This document shows positions 23,264 to 33,263 of a stretch of DNA of 64,000 bases, one piece after another. The notes beneath the pieces were generated by a model, which had not been told where the DNA came from, did no database searches, and saw nothing but the letters and a program-made list of their open reading frames with translations. Position 1 is the first letter of the stretch. Each line of letters starts with the position of its first letter. Origin of the DNA: an uncultured Haliea sp. (lineage in GTDB: Bacteria > Pseudomonadota > Gammaproteobacteria > Pseudomonadales > Halieaceae); the NCBI GenBank assembly GCA_913062625.1, contig CAJXWP010000003.1, positions 5,640 to 69,639 of the forward strand, read 5' to 3'. The position numbers and the translations under genes are program-made.

Positions 23264-24628
23264 ATGAGCGAGATTTTTCATAACTTACCCCACGGTCTCT
23301 ATGAATGGGTGGAACAAAGTGGCGGTGGCACTATTACCCGCCTAGAACGGCACCTTGCGCGGAGGGAGGCTTGGGTGGTCGACATTACCGCACCCAACGG
23401 GAACGTGATGGAAGGCTTTCTCCGCTTGGACAGACATCCGGTGAAGGGTAGTGCAACCTCGCTCTACAAAGAGGCCATGATCTGTCAAGCGCTGGAGGGC
23501 ACTGATATCCCGGCGCCAAAACTGTATGCCTGGAGTGATGACCATTGCGCTGCGTTGCTTGCACGAGACGGAGGCCGCGCTGATATCGATAAGTTGGAAG
23601 ACACCGCACGTCAGCGGGCGATCATGCAGGACTTCATCAAAATCATAGCGCGTTTGCACCGTTTAAATACCGATACGCTTGGCCTTGATGAGGTGTTGGG
23701 CGCAAGACCGCAGACGGCGGCAGAGCTGGCGCTGGGCGATCTGGATCTGCAACTGCGTAATTTCAAGGGCTTTCTGGCGAACTACACTGATCCGCTGATG
23801 ACCTATGCGATCCAGTGGCTGCGGCGGCACGTGCCACAGGAGGTGCCGCAAATGGCTTTGGTTCAGGGCGACACCGGCCCGGTTAACTTCATGTTCCAGA
23901 AAAACAAAGTCAGCGTAGTGGTCGACTGGGAGTGGGGCCACTGGGGCGACCCAATGGAGGACCTCGGGAATATTTGTGTACGTGAATTCTGGAACCCCTC
24001 AGGCGGCCTTGATGGGCTGTTCAAACTGTATGAGCAGGAGTCGGGGCTGCCCTATCAGCGCTTTTCTGCGCAGTATTACCGCATTCAACAAAACGTGCGT
24101 GGAATGGTGCCGATTCACGCAGTTTGTGCCAGACCTCCAGAGCAGGAGCCTCTGGCGTGGTATCTGTGTTATCGCTATGTCACTGATCGGGCCACCTGCG
24201 AAGGCATAGCAGACGCGATGGGCATACGCATTGAGTGTCCCGAAATGCCCACCACGACGGTACCCGCCGACCTGCTCGTGAGCTCAGCCGCCGATAGCCT
24301 GCGCCGAGACGTTTTGCCACGGCTTGACAATGCTTTTGCCCGTTCACGAACTCAAGACGCAGCAAGACTTATTGAATGCCTAGACCGTCGCTTGCGGTTT
24401 AGTGCGACTTTGGATAACACCGAGCGCGAAGAAATAGGCGTATTGCTTAGACACCGTTTCACTGATGTGTCACAGGCACGCCAAGCGCTTGTCACCGCCA
24501 TTGACGCGCGGACGCTGGATGATGAACCGCTTCTGCAATATCTCGCACGCAAAGCCTATCGAGATGAATGGCTGTATGCGCCCGCTGTGGAGCTGTATCC
24601 GAATCGTCAGTGGTCAGCTCTGGACTGA
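23264..24628 (+). CDS. Aminoglycoside-phosphotransferase/choline-kinase-like phosphotransferase
   Basis: Brenner-like VQGDTGPVNF, DWEWGHWGDPMEDL. Confidence 0.85.
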   Translation: MSEIFHNLPHGLYEWVEQSGGGTITRLERHLARREAWVVDITAPNGNVMEGFLRLDRHPVKGSATSLYKEAMICQALEGTDIPAPKLYAWSDDHCAALLARDGGRADIDKLEDTARQRAIMQDFIKIIARLHRLNTDTLGLDEVLGARPQTAAELALGDLDLQLRNFKGFLANYTDPLMTYAIQWLRRHVPQEVPQMALVQGDTGPVNFMFQKNKVSVVVDWEWGHWGDPMEDLGNICVREFWNPSGGLDGLFKLYEQESGLPYQRFSAQYYRIQQNVRGMVPIHAVCARPPEQEPLAWYLCYRYVTDRATCEGIADAMGIRIECPEMPTTTVPADLLVSSAADSLRRDVLPRLDNAFARSRTQDAARLIECLDRRLRFSATLDNTEREEIGVLLRHRFTDVSQARQALVTAIDARTLDDEPLLQYLARKAYRDEWLYAPAVELYPNRQWSALD

Positions 24629-24755
24629 CACTCGCTTTTTCCGTTTGCAGGACTCGCCAAAGCGGTAAATCTTACTAAGTCTTAAAGCGGAAACCACCAA
24701 CCTATGCCGGTGCTGAGATTTGTACTACCGACGCTAGAACCCGCAGCAATACGTT

Positions 24756-25979
24756 CTACAAATCACTAAGCTTAACTACGTTGACCTCCGGCATAGGGAT
24801 ATTGTCGCCTTTGCTTCCCAGCCATCGGAAGGTCATAAACCCAAACTCTTGACCACTGGTATCCAGCCAATTGGGATGCCCAGGATTTTTGTGAGCAACC
24901 ACAAATTCCACCTTGCCATCCTCCTCATAAGTCACTTCTTCTAGCGTTAGCGATACGGGACGATGCAAATAGTCGGTTGTTTCGTGCCAACGAGATTCCA
25001 AAGTGAAGTTCCAATAACGCGATTGAGGAGGCTCGACCCGAACGACCAGCGCTTCATCTTGAGCCAGCTGATAACTCCCCACCATATATAAATTATCTGC
25101 ACTACTGATTGCGCCACCCAGTGACTCGGAAGTCGTTTGGATAAACCTATTTTTTTCCTCCAGCAATTCAGGAAGCACGTATTTGTGAAGCGTCGACAGC
25201 TTTAAAAACGCATAGCTAGTACCGATCAAGGCGTTGGCAATCTCATCATCAGTGGGCGGCACAAACGGTGGTTGCTCGCCAAGTACTTCAATTGAAAGTG
25301 TCGGCAGCACTTCAACACCGCGGTTGGCAATATATTCTCTCACCAAAATGCCCGAGGCATCTTCGGGTATTTGTATCCAGTTAGCGGGTCCTCCCGAGTT
25401 ACCATAAGCATCAAGGTCTGGCTGCTCTTTTGTCAGCAATAGCGTGAAGTTACCCTGGTCATCAACGTTCAGTTCGAGGTCATTGATATATCCGACCTGG
25501 CGACGCGGGGTCATACCCTTACCCCCGGTAATCGTAAATCCAATGTAGGGAACAGTCCCTCGAGTCCCCGTGATAATATAATCATATTGTCCATCAATCT
25601 GAACATTGTGATACTCAGCGTCCGGATTATCACCACCGACCTTACGAACTAGCGTATCCATTTGCTGAAAATGCGGGTAGCGAGGATTCCCATCGGCTGC
25701 AACTTCAGCACTCATCGCCATTACCCGCAGTAACCAGCGCATGCCTTCTATCGCTTCTTGCTGTGTTTGAGCTTCATCCAACACCATTTGATGCGTACGG
25801 TCGAACAGAGCCTTAAAGTCGATCATCGCCTGATTCGATTTTAACCCGGTATAGTCGGACTTATGACTATTTCCAATACTTGTTACTGTGGCGACAAGCC
25901 CGGCACCGCGGGGTAACTGAAATCCGATATAAACACCCACTGCCAGCACTAGAACGAGTGCAATTAAATTTTTTATCAT
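24756..25979 (-). CDS. DUF1214 domain protein with N-terminal signal/anchor
   Basis: KVGGDNPDAEY, YWNFTLESRWHE, HKNPGHPNWLDT, FRW. Confidence 0.82.
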   Translation of the reverse strand: MIKNLIALVLVLAVGVYIGFQLPRGAGLVATVTSIGNSHKSDYTGLKSNQAMIDFKALFDRTHQMVLDEAQTQQEAIEGMRWLLRVMAMSAEVAADGNPRYPHFQQMDTLVRKVGGDNPDAEYHNVQIDGQYDYIITGTRGTVPYIGFTITGGKGMTPRRQVGYINDLELNVDDQGNFTLLLTKEQPDLDAYGNSGGPANWIQIPEDASGILVREYIANRGVEVLPTLSIEVLGEQPPFVPPTDDEIANALIGTSYAFLKLSTLHKYVLPELLEEKNRFIQTTSESLGGAISSADNLYMVGSYQLAQDEALVVRVEPPQSRYWNFTLESRWHETTDYLHRPVSLTLEEVTYEEDGKVEFVVAHKNPGHPNWLDTSGQEFGFMTFRWLGSKGDNIPMPEVNVVKLSDL

Positions 25980-26401
25980 GTTAGTGGTTCCCCTAACTAG
26001 TTAATAAATGTGATGCCCGGTCGCTTTTGAGTAGATCAAGATTAGGACGTGCGTCTCACCTTCACGGGAGAGAAAACTACGTTGCCGGAACGGAGGATCT
26101 TACCTGCCATTACAGGCACCTTTTACACCTCTCTTTGTTTTAGGTTATTACAATTATTCTGCAACCATTGCCGTGATAATTTCATACTTACATCAAAGTT
26201 AACTCGATCTTGCAGTAATGTTCCACATTTAGGCTCTGTCGCATCACACTTATATGATGCTGGCTCAATAAACTGTGATGATCGCATCCATGACGCGTCC
26301 TTAAAGGGTAAAAACATACCGCCTACCGAAAAATCAGCACCTTCTTTACCAGTGATCGCACACAAACCTAAGGCGACATTGCCTGACAGGCGATGTGCTA
26401 T

Positions 26402-26791
26402 TCAATCCTCACTATCCGCGTATACCGCCTCAGTAAAGCGGGGCGAACAGATCGCCAGAAATACCAGATCCGTTAAGCCCGTGTTAGTGATACGCTGGTG
26501 CGCCTCAGGCGGAATCAACACGACATCTCCAGCGCTAACATGATCTGGCTCCAGGTGATCAATCTCTACCAAACCCGCACCCTCAAGGATTACATAACGC
26601 TCACCTGTCCCACGTAGATAATGCCGCCGAGTTGTCTTGCCTGGCTCTAGGCGTGCTCGTGCGATTGAAATATCTGGATCATCTGCGGAGTTCGATAACT
26701 CGCTAATAAAACAACCCTCGGCAATGAGGTCCTCAGGGGTCGCACTGTTAGATTTCGTACAGGCCTTCATCGCACTCGGCAGCTGTGTCAT
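26402..26791 (-). CDS. Cupin domain protein
   Basis: SIARARLEPGKTT...ERYVILEG...GDVVLIPP...HQRITNTG. Confidence 0.85.
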   Translation of the reverse strand: MTQLPSAMKACTKSNSATPEDLIAEGCFISELSNSADDPDISIARARLEPGKTTRRHYLRGTGERYVILEGAGLVEIDHLEPDHVSAGDVVLIPPEAHQRITNTGLTDLVFLAICSPRFTEAVYADSED

Positions 26792-26873
26792 TTCACTGTT
26801 TCCTATTTTTGGGTTTACTGAGGACTTATTTTTTTAACGCATGCTAACGGTAACACCGCCAAGCAACTGGCGA

Positions 26874-27515
26874 CTAGTACTGCACAATCGGCACCCGACC
26901 CAGCCATGTGTCATCATTGAGCATCTCCACCATGGCGTGCGCGCAGTCAGCAAAGGAAATGCTGGATAAGCCACTGAAAGCGTTGTAGCCCAGTCGATAT
27001 TCACCCCTCTTTATGCCGGATTTCATCTGCAATGGACGTACTCCCATCCAGCAAAGATCCGCATTCTCATCTAAAAGATTCAACTGATGTTCTTTGTCTG
27101 CATGTCGATGCCTGAGAAAGGTTTCCGAGAACCAGCGCACAAATCGTGCCCCAAACGTCATTACATCGTCTACACGAATATTACTGCCACCGCCACACCA
27201 GACCAGCTTCAGCCTCTGCTGCTTGCGCATAACAGCTAGAATATGACGCGTAACATCTGTACACAGATCAGGTGGCGAGGTTCTTTCATCAACCCCTACC
27301 GCAAACAGAATTGCATCTGTCCCGGATGGAATAGAACGGGCAACATCCGCAGCGATCAAGCCGTCACCCTTGATAACGGTAATGGCGTCTCGCAATCCAT
27401 CCGGCAGTTTTTCTGGGCTGCGCACTAGTACGGTCATGTCATGACCGGCCTGCAAACATTGGTCGAGACATTCCCTACCCAAATTACCAGTGGCACCGAA
27501 AAGAGACACTTTCAT
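26874..27515 (-). CDS. NAD(P)H-binding oxidoreductase (flavin/biliverdin reductase-like)
   Basis: FGATGNLG, VRSPEKL, VRPLQM, ISFADCA. Confidence 0.85.
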   Translation of the reverse strand: MKVSLFGATGNLGRECLDQCLQAGHDMTVLVRSPEKLPDGLRDAITVIKGDGLIAADVARSIPSGTDAILFAVGVDERTSPPDLCTDVTRHILAVMRKQQRLKLVWCGGGSNIRVDDVMTFGARFVRWFSETFLRHRHADKEHQLNLLDENADLCWMGVRPLQMKSGIKRGEYRLGYNAFSGLSSISFADCAHAMVEMLNDDTWLGRVPIVQY

Positions 27516-27749
27516 ATCAATACAAATCCTGAATAACATTTCAACGGTGTCACCGCATTATGGCGCGACTCATATCCTCGCCATACAACTTGACAGTATA
27601 CTGCTGCTCTATACTATCGTGTTGCACAGTTAATGTTTAGCCCAGTGCTTTTCCTGCTTAAGAGCAAGGCAATTAGTGGCCAGCAATTGGCTTAAAATCT
27701 TATCCTATCATGCCGATTCGACACTGAATCTTAAATCAGGAGAAACTCC

Positions 27750-29732
27750 ATGTGCAACGTCCTAAGGTTCCGAAAAGGGCTTCTGATTTTTCCTCTCCTT
27801 GCACTACTGTTAGCGTGTGAGAGAGAGCAGCCCACAGACACTACAACAGGTTCTCAGGGCAATACGCCAGCGACCAATGCAACCATGCTCGCTAACGCTA
27901 AAGTCCGAGAGGAATTGAATCTCGGCGACCAGAGGGACTTCGAGGATGCACGCCGAGGTCTCATCGCTGTGCCAACAGTGCTTGAGGTAGCGGGTCCCGG
28001 CGATTCTGTTGTTTGGGATATGCCTTCCTATGATTTTATACAAGGCGAAGCTCCGGATACCGTTAATCCTAGCCTGTGGCGTCAGGCCACACTGAATAAT
28101 AATCATGGGCTTTTTGAAGTCACTGAGGGCATATACCAACTTCGTGGCTTTGATCTTTCCAACATGACCATTATCGAAGGGCAAACCGGATGGATCATTG
28201 TAGATCCACTGACCTCCAAGGAAACCGCTGCTGCCGCAATTGCATTTGCTAGAGAGCACCTCGGAAACGAGCCGGTTTCAGCCATCATTTTTACCCACTC
28301 CCACATAGACCACTTTGGCGGAGTGCTATCTGTTCTCAGTGTTGAAGGCGATACAGAGATTTTTGCGCCGGTTGGATTCATGGAGGAAGCTACCAGCGAA
28401 AACGTGATCGTGGGTAGTACTATGAGCCGACGCTCTATGTATATGTATGGCAGTCAGCTGGAACATTCTGCAAGAGGCCACGTCGGCTCCGGGCTCGGAA
28501 AAAGCCCTGCCTTCGGCAGTGCAGGCATAGCATCACCTACCCATATTATCGCTGCGACTGGTGAGTCGACTACCATCGATGGGGTTGAATTTATTTTTCA
28601 AAATGCGGCGGGCTCCGAAGCACCGGCCGAGCTGACTTTTTATCTGCCAGAACTAAAAGCCTTCTGCGGCGCCGAAGTGGTATCTCGCAATATGCATAAT
28701 CTCTACACCCTGCGTGGCGCCAAAGTACGTGATGCCCGTAAGTGGAGTCACTACATTAACGAGGCGATCGAATTGTTTCCCGATACTGAAGTGTATTTTG
28801 GGAGTCATCACTGGCCCTTGTGGGGCAATGAGGCGATCATCGATTTCTTAAAAAAGCAGCGTGATATGTACCGGTACATTCATGATCAAACCCTACGTCT
28901 GGCTGCGAGTGGTCGCACGCCGAGGGAAATCGCTGATTTACTGGAAATGCCCGAGACGCTGCGCACCAACTTTTCCAACCGTGGCTACTACGGCACGGTA
29001 AAGCACAACGCTAAAGCCGTGTATCAGATGTACTTTGGCTGGTATGACGGCAATCCCGCCAATCTCGACCCTTTGCCACCGCAAAGGTCTGCCGAACGCT
29101 ATGTTGAGATGATGGGCGGGAGCGAGGCCATCATAGAACAGGCGAGAACAGACTTCACTAAAGGCGAGTATCGCTGGGTTGCAGAGTTGCTCAATCATCT
29201 AGTGTTTGCAGAACCGAGCAATAAGGCAGCCAAAAATTTGTTAGCGCAAACTTACGACCAAATGGCCTATGTGGCGGAGTCAGGACCTTGGCGCGACGTT
29301 TACCTTACAGGCGCACTAGAGCTGCGACAGGGCGCTCCCACTAAAGGCATCGACCTAGCCAACGCTATAGACCTGATCGAAGAGACGCCCGTTAATCAAT
29401 TCTTTGAGCTTATGGCAGTCATGCTTAACGGGCCTAAGGCAGACGGCAAGACCTTCGTCTTAAATATTAACTTTACCGACCTGAACGAGAACTACGTCCT
29501 GGAATTAGAAAATGCCGTCCTCCACCAGCGTAAAGGAAGGCTTTCAGAAGAAGCCGATGCAACTATCCATATCACACATGCTCTTTTTGTGAAAATGCTG
29601 ACGGGAGGCGCAGGTGCTAGCGAAATACTATTCTCGGACGACATCTCTATTGAGGGCAGTAAGCTAGGTCTGGTACAGTTTTTTGCTCTACTGGACATGC
29701 CAGAGGGCTCATTCAATATAGTGACGCCTTAA
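27750..29732 (+). CDS. Alkyl sulfatase (SdsA1/BDS1 type) lipoprotein
   Basis: Lipobox LLLACE, DFEDARRGLIA, HSHIDHFGG, HNLYTLRGAKVRD, C-terminal SCP2-like domain. Confidence 0.92.
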   Translation: MCNVLRFRKGLLIFPLLALLLACEREQPTDTTTGSQGNTPATNATMLANAKVREELNLGDQRDFEDARRGLIAVPTVLEVAGPGDSVVWDMPSYDFIQGEAPDTVNPSLWRQATLNNNHGLFEVTEGIYQLRGFDLSNMTIIEGQTGWIIVDPLTSKETAAAAIAFAREHLGNEPVSAIIFTHSHIDHFGGVLSVLSVEGDTEIFAPVGFMEEATSENVIVGSTMSRRSMYMYGSQLEHSARGHVGSGLGKSPAFGSAGIASPTHIIAATGESTTIDGVEFIFQNAAGSEAPAELTFYLPELKAFCGAEVVSRNMHNLYTLRGAKVRDARKWSHYINEAIELFPDTEVYFGSHHWPLWGNEAIIDFLKKQRDMYRYIHDQTLRLAASGRTPREIADLLEMPETLRTNFSNRGYYGTVKHNAKAVYQMYFGWYDGNPANLDPLPPQRSAERYVEMMGGSEAIIEQARTDFTKGEYRWVAELLNHLVFAEPSNKAAKNLLAQTYDQMAYVAESGPWRDVYLTGALELRQGAPTKGIDLANAIDLIEETPVNQFFELMAVMLNGPKADGKTFVLNINFTDLNENYVLELENAVLHQRKGRLSEEADATIHITHALFVKMLTGGAGASEILFSDDISIEGSKLGLVQFFALLDMPEGSFNIVTP

Positions 29733-30427
29733 CAGTAGGGTCTGGAATCTAAAATTACATCCATGGAAAAGCTCTGGCAGCGGTCTCGATTGACAAATAG
29801 CTCCTCATCTGTCGCAGCCTCAGGCGCTATTTCGCGTATGACGTCGCTAAACACATAATCTTCAAGACGCTCAAAACGCAACTCAGATATATTGTCTGCG
29901 TCGTGAGCGTTCACACCGAAAAGAGCCGCTAGCTCTCGCCCACCCTCTTGATCCAGATAATTTTGATAATAGTCTGCCAGCGGTGTGGCAACACCAAATC
30001 GATAGTGACTGTGGATGTAATAATCCAGATAGTCGGCTCGGCTATAATCCTCGCCCCGAAACATTAAGTAATGATACCTCAGCGGTTTTTTGCCTGATTC
30101 TTGGAACGTCCTCTGGTAGCCAAGCAATAGACACGACTCGCTTCGATCGACCGCATCGAGCATCAAAGACATAGCCGCACGCAATTCCGTTTGCAGGCGC
30201 TTAATGGGTTGTCCAGCAGGAAAGGTGACCTCGACGATAAGATCAAGCTTAGCCAAAAAATGACTGCCCGCCGGTATCGCTAAAAGATCAGAAGTGCATG
30301 GCGTCATAACAGCCAGATGGAGTGCATACTTCCCAAACATAGAATGTGACGCCAACGCGACAGCTGCATCAGCCAACGCTGAGGACTGCCCTACAGTAGC
30401 GTGCAAATAAAAGATGATTTTTGACAT
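29729..30427 (-). CDS. EthD-like domain protein
   Basis: RADYLDYYIHSH...YYQNY...DNISELRF; family call is by recall. Confidence 0.6.
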   Translation of the reverse strand: MSKIIFYLHATVGQSSALADAAVALASHSMFGKYALHLAVMTPCTSDLLAIPAGSHFLAKLDLIVEVTFPAGQPIKRLQTELRAAMSLMLDAVDRSESCLLLGYQRTFQESGKKPLRYHYLMFRGEDYSRADYLDYYIHSHYRFGVATPLADYYQNYLDQEGGRELAALFGVNAHDADNISELRFERLEDYVFSDVIREIAPEAATDEELFVNRDRCQSFSMDVILDSRPYC

Positions 30428-30470
30428 CAGGCTCTCCCTTCAATAAAGCTTACAGCACCTTGAAGCCGTA

Positions 30471-30896
30471 TTATCGATCGCAATAGATGAATTCTGGGTC
30501 ATTCTCAGGTAAGACAGTATTGGGGGTCGACTGTTCTCCTACATAGAAAACAACAATTTCCACCGGCCCCGCGATTGCTCGGCCACGATGAACAGTCCTC
30601 ATCACTTCAACCACTGAATCCCCTTGGTTAAACCTCGCCGTCTTCCCAGATTTTTGTTCAACCTCCAGACTCCCTTGCAGGATATAGCCTAGCGTCGGGA
30701 CCGGATGGCAGTGAAACTGCGTCACCTCGCCTTCACCAATGCGCAGTACTACCGACGTTATCTTCGGCTCTCCCTTGGGGTACACAATTTCACCCCCCTC
30801 CCACGTAGACGAAGTCTCCAGAAGAATATCCGCATAGACCGACGTCATAAAAGTGTTCAGAAAAAATACAACAAAAATCTCGCGAAAAGCCATCAA
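30471..30896 (-). CDS. Cupin domain protein (exported)
   Basis: FHCHPVPTLGYILQGSLEV...VHRG. Confidence 0.85.
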   Translation of the reverse strand: MMAFREIFVVFFLNTFMTSVYADILLETSSTWEGGEIVYPKGEPKITSVVLRIGEGEVTQFHCHPVPTLGYILQGSLEVEQKSGKTARFNQGDSVVEVMRTVHRGRAIAGPVEIVVFYVGEQSTPNTVLPENDPEFIYCDR

Positions 30897-30928
30897 TGTC
30901 TCCCAGTAAAATTCAGCATTTCCGACCT

Positions 30929-31216
30929 CTATTTTTTTTGAGGAGCCTCACCAAAACTGTGTTTTTTTGCGTACTTTGAATTGGCCCAAGGAGATTTTTT
31001 TTCAAACGTTGAGAGATACAAGGCCTCGACCTTCTCTCTAGCCCATTGAGTTCTGCGCAGGAACGTGAGCGATGACTTGATGGAGGGGTCTTTACTAAAA
31101 CAATTGATATCGATTTTTTGAGCCAAGCCACTCCAACTGTAGTGCTCGACTAACTTTGTTACGATCCTTTCCAGCGTAATGCCGTGCAGCGGGTTATCAG
31201 GCTGCGCCTTATTCAT
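30929..31216 (-). CDS. VF530/DUF2132 family putative DNA-binding protein
   Basis: [40 protein letters not shown]. Confidence 0.9.
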   Translation of the reverse strand: MNKAQPDNPLHGITLERIVTKLVEHYSWSGLAQKIDINCFSKDPSIKSSLTFLRRTQWAREKVEALYLSTFEKKSPWANSKYAKKHSFGEAPQKK

Positions 31217-31246
31217 GCTTCAATGCCCTGCCATCAGATCACCTAC

Positions 31247-31495
31247 TCACTGCTCGCGTTCTTCGGCCTTCTTCACGCGGACCTTGCTATTGCCAATATT
31301 TTTATCATTCAGAGCTTTCATAGCAACTTTAGCTTCTGCTGCTTTCGGCATCTGCACAAAACCAAATCCCTTGGATATACCCAGGGCTTTATCCATCACA
31401 ACATCGCAGGACTGCACCGTGCCATACTCTTCAAAGAGAATTTTTATTTCACCTTCGGTAGTACTGCGGTCTAAATTCCGAATTATCAGCTTCAT
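31247..31495 (-). CDS. RRM RNA-binding protein
   Basis: RNP-2 LIIRNL, RNP-1 KGFGFVQM. Confidence 0.92.
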   Translation of the reverse strand: MKLIIRNLDRSTTEGEIKILFEEYGTVQSCDVVMDKALGISKGFGFVQMPKAAEAKVAMKALNDKNIGNSKVRVKKAEEREQ

Positions 31496-31643
31496 AGGTC
31501 AACGTACCCTCAAAGATCCTGTCAATGTGAAAAACGTGGACCCTGCATACGGAGCACAAAGCCCTTCACCGTCAAACACGCACAGCCGAATATCTTAACA
31601 ATTATACCACCGAAAGCCTGTTGGCCGTCGGCTATACACACGG

Positions 31644-31844
31644 TTAGACTGTTTCATTTTCATCGTATACGGCAACAGACATATAGCCCATCGCGTCAAC
31701 CAACACACTAAACGTGATAGGCCTACAGCATACCTGACAATCCTCAATATACTGCTGACCCGCTTCCTCATGGTCTATGAGGACTCTGATCGATTCTCCG
31801 CAGTAGGGACAGCTCACGACTTCTTCCAACAAAGAATCCGTCAC
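31644..31844 (-). CDS. CPXCG-motif zinc-ribbon protein
   Basis: CPYCGE...YIEDCQVCCRPI. Confidence 0.88.
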   Translation of the reverse strand: MTDSLLEEVVSCPYCGESIRVLIDHEEAGQQYIEDCQVCCRPITFSVLVDAMGYMSVAVYDENETV

Positions 31845-32040
31845 TCAGCGACCTCCACGCTGCTACCACGCGGCACCCAATTCTCGGGCGCTATGACCTG
31901 CATGAGACTCATCCAATGTGTAGTGCGTAAAAACCTACAGACCGACAGCGGCCCCCAGCGCAACGCTAGTAGCGGACGCTCAGAACGACGCGCCGGCGTA
32001 CTACGTGTGGTTAACCAGCCTGGCTTAGAGATATTTATGC

Positions 32041-32331
32041 TTATTCCTCGTGTGTAATCGACTTATCGGTAAAAAGGTAATCTTTTAACTCTTTATCAAA
32101 TCTTGGATCTTGCCGCCTAATCCATTCGAGGACCATCGCCGCGTGCTGTTTTTCTTCATCCCTGTTATGCGCTAGTATTGACTTTAGCTCTGCATTTTTA
32201 CACTCATTAACACTTCGATTGTACCATTCCACCGCTTCGAGTTCTTCCATTAGCGATATAATCATTGTGTGCGTATCTCTAGTTTCGTCGGTAAGCTCGC
32301 CTATTAGCTCGTAACAGTCTTCATTTAGAAT
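32041..32331 (-). CDS. Encapsulin-associated ferritin-like protein (EncFtn type), ATT start or decaying
   Basis: SLMEELEAVEWY...AHNRDEEKQHAAMVLEWIRR; similarity continues 22 codons upstream of the ORF-track ATG (32265) to an ATT at 32331. Confidence 0.8.
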   Translation of the reverse strand: MLNEDCYELIGELTDETRDTHTMIISLMEELEAVEWYNRSVNECKNAELKSILAHNRDEEKQHAAMVLEWIRRQDPRFDKELKDYLFTDKSITHEE

Positions 32332-32464
32332 ATTTCTCTTCTCGAAAAAGAGTAGTGAAATTGTATTTTATAAAACATTCATAGTTGACTAGCTTCTCAC
32401 CACTTCAGTACCGAAATACGCAAAGCCAATTTACGGGCTTAGGCCGGTCAGCGAACAGTACTCA

Positions 32465-32680
32465 TTATTTCCAACCCTGAAGCCACTTATTCGTGTCTTC
32501 TAACTCATGCCACTGTATTAGAGTCGCACGATTCGATATAACGGCCTCTATGAGGCAACGAATAAGCACTCCTTCTTCGTTAAACTCGACTTCGGTTATA
32601 ATGAAGTGTTTTTCTTTTTTCGTAGGGTTCGCAGCAGTCCATTTGCTATGGAGTAATTTCCTAGGATTAATTGTCTTCAC
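32465..32680 (-). CDS. TIGR02450 family Trp-rich protein
   Basis: INPRKLLHSKWTA...KEKHFII...W.QGW. Confidence 0.88.
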   Translation of the reverse strand: MKTINPRKLLHSKWTAANPTKKEKHFIITEVEFNEEGVLIRCLIEAVISNRATLIQWHELEDTNKWLQGWK

Positions 32681-32843
32681 CTGAATGCCTTACCCCGCCC
32701 ACTATTCATCTTAGGTTAAGAACCAATACGTGCAAGCGGTGAAAACCGACTTGTCTCACACACAATTTCTATAAATGAGTATAAGAAGTAGCCTCCGACA
32801 CTTAGTCTTTTGCGTGCAATGAGCGGAGAATAATTTTAGGTGG

Positions 32844-33260
32844 CTATAGCGGAGAACCCGCACCCGGTCCTAAAGGTTGTCCATAGCTGAATTCTATAAC
32901 ATTACCGTCGGGATCTTTGATGCCACAATAGTAGCCGGCCGGATATGGCTCGTCTCTGGGCGTCCACTGTAAAATTCCTGCTGCTCTTGCGCGTTCAACA
33001 ACAGCATCTACCGTATCGCGAGTCGCCATAGCAAAGCCGAGATGAGAAAAATCTTCAGCCGATTGTGCTCTCCCTGAACCACCGGGTATGAGTACTAGTA
33101 TAAAATTTTTCTCTTTTCCCTTCTCGGCAAGCCAGACCACGCGCTTGCCATCCGAAACTCGATCATGAACCAAATGCATATCAGCATACGATTCATAAAA
33201 AGCTATGCAGGCATCCAGATCCCTTACATGCAACGCAATATGCGTCAATGAAACGGTCAT
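32844..33260 (-). CDS. VOC/glyoxalase family protein
   Basis: THIALHVRDL, HLGFA, DPDGNVIEFSYGQ. Confidence 0.9.
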   Translation of the reverse strand: MTVSLTHIALHVRDLDACIAFYESYADMHLVHDRVSDGKRVVWLAEKGKEKNFILVLIPGGSGRAQSAEDFSHLGFAMATRDTVDAVVERARAAGILQWTPRDEPYPAGYYCGIKDPDGNVIEFSYGQPLGPGAGSPL

Positions 33261-33263
33261 CCC

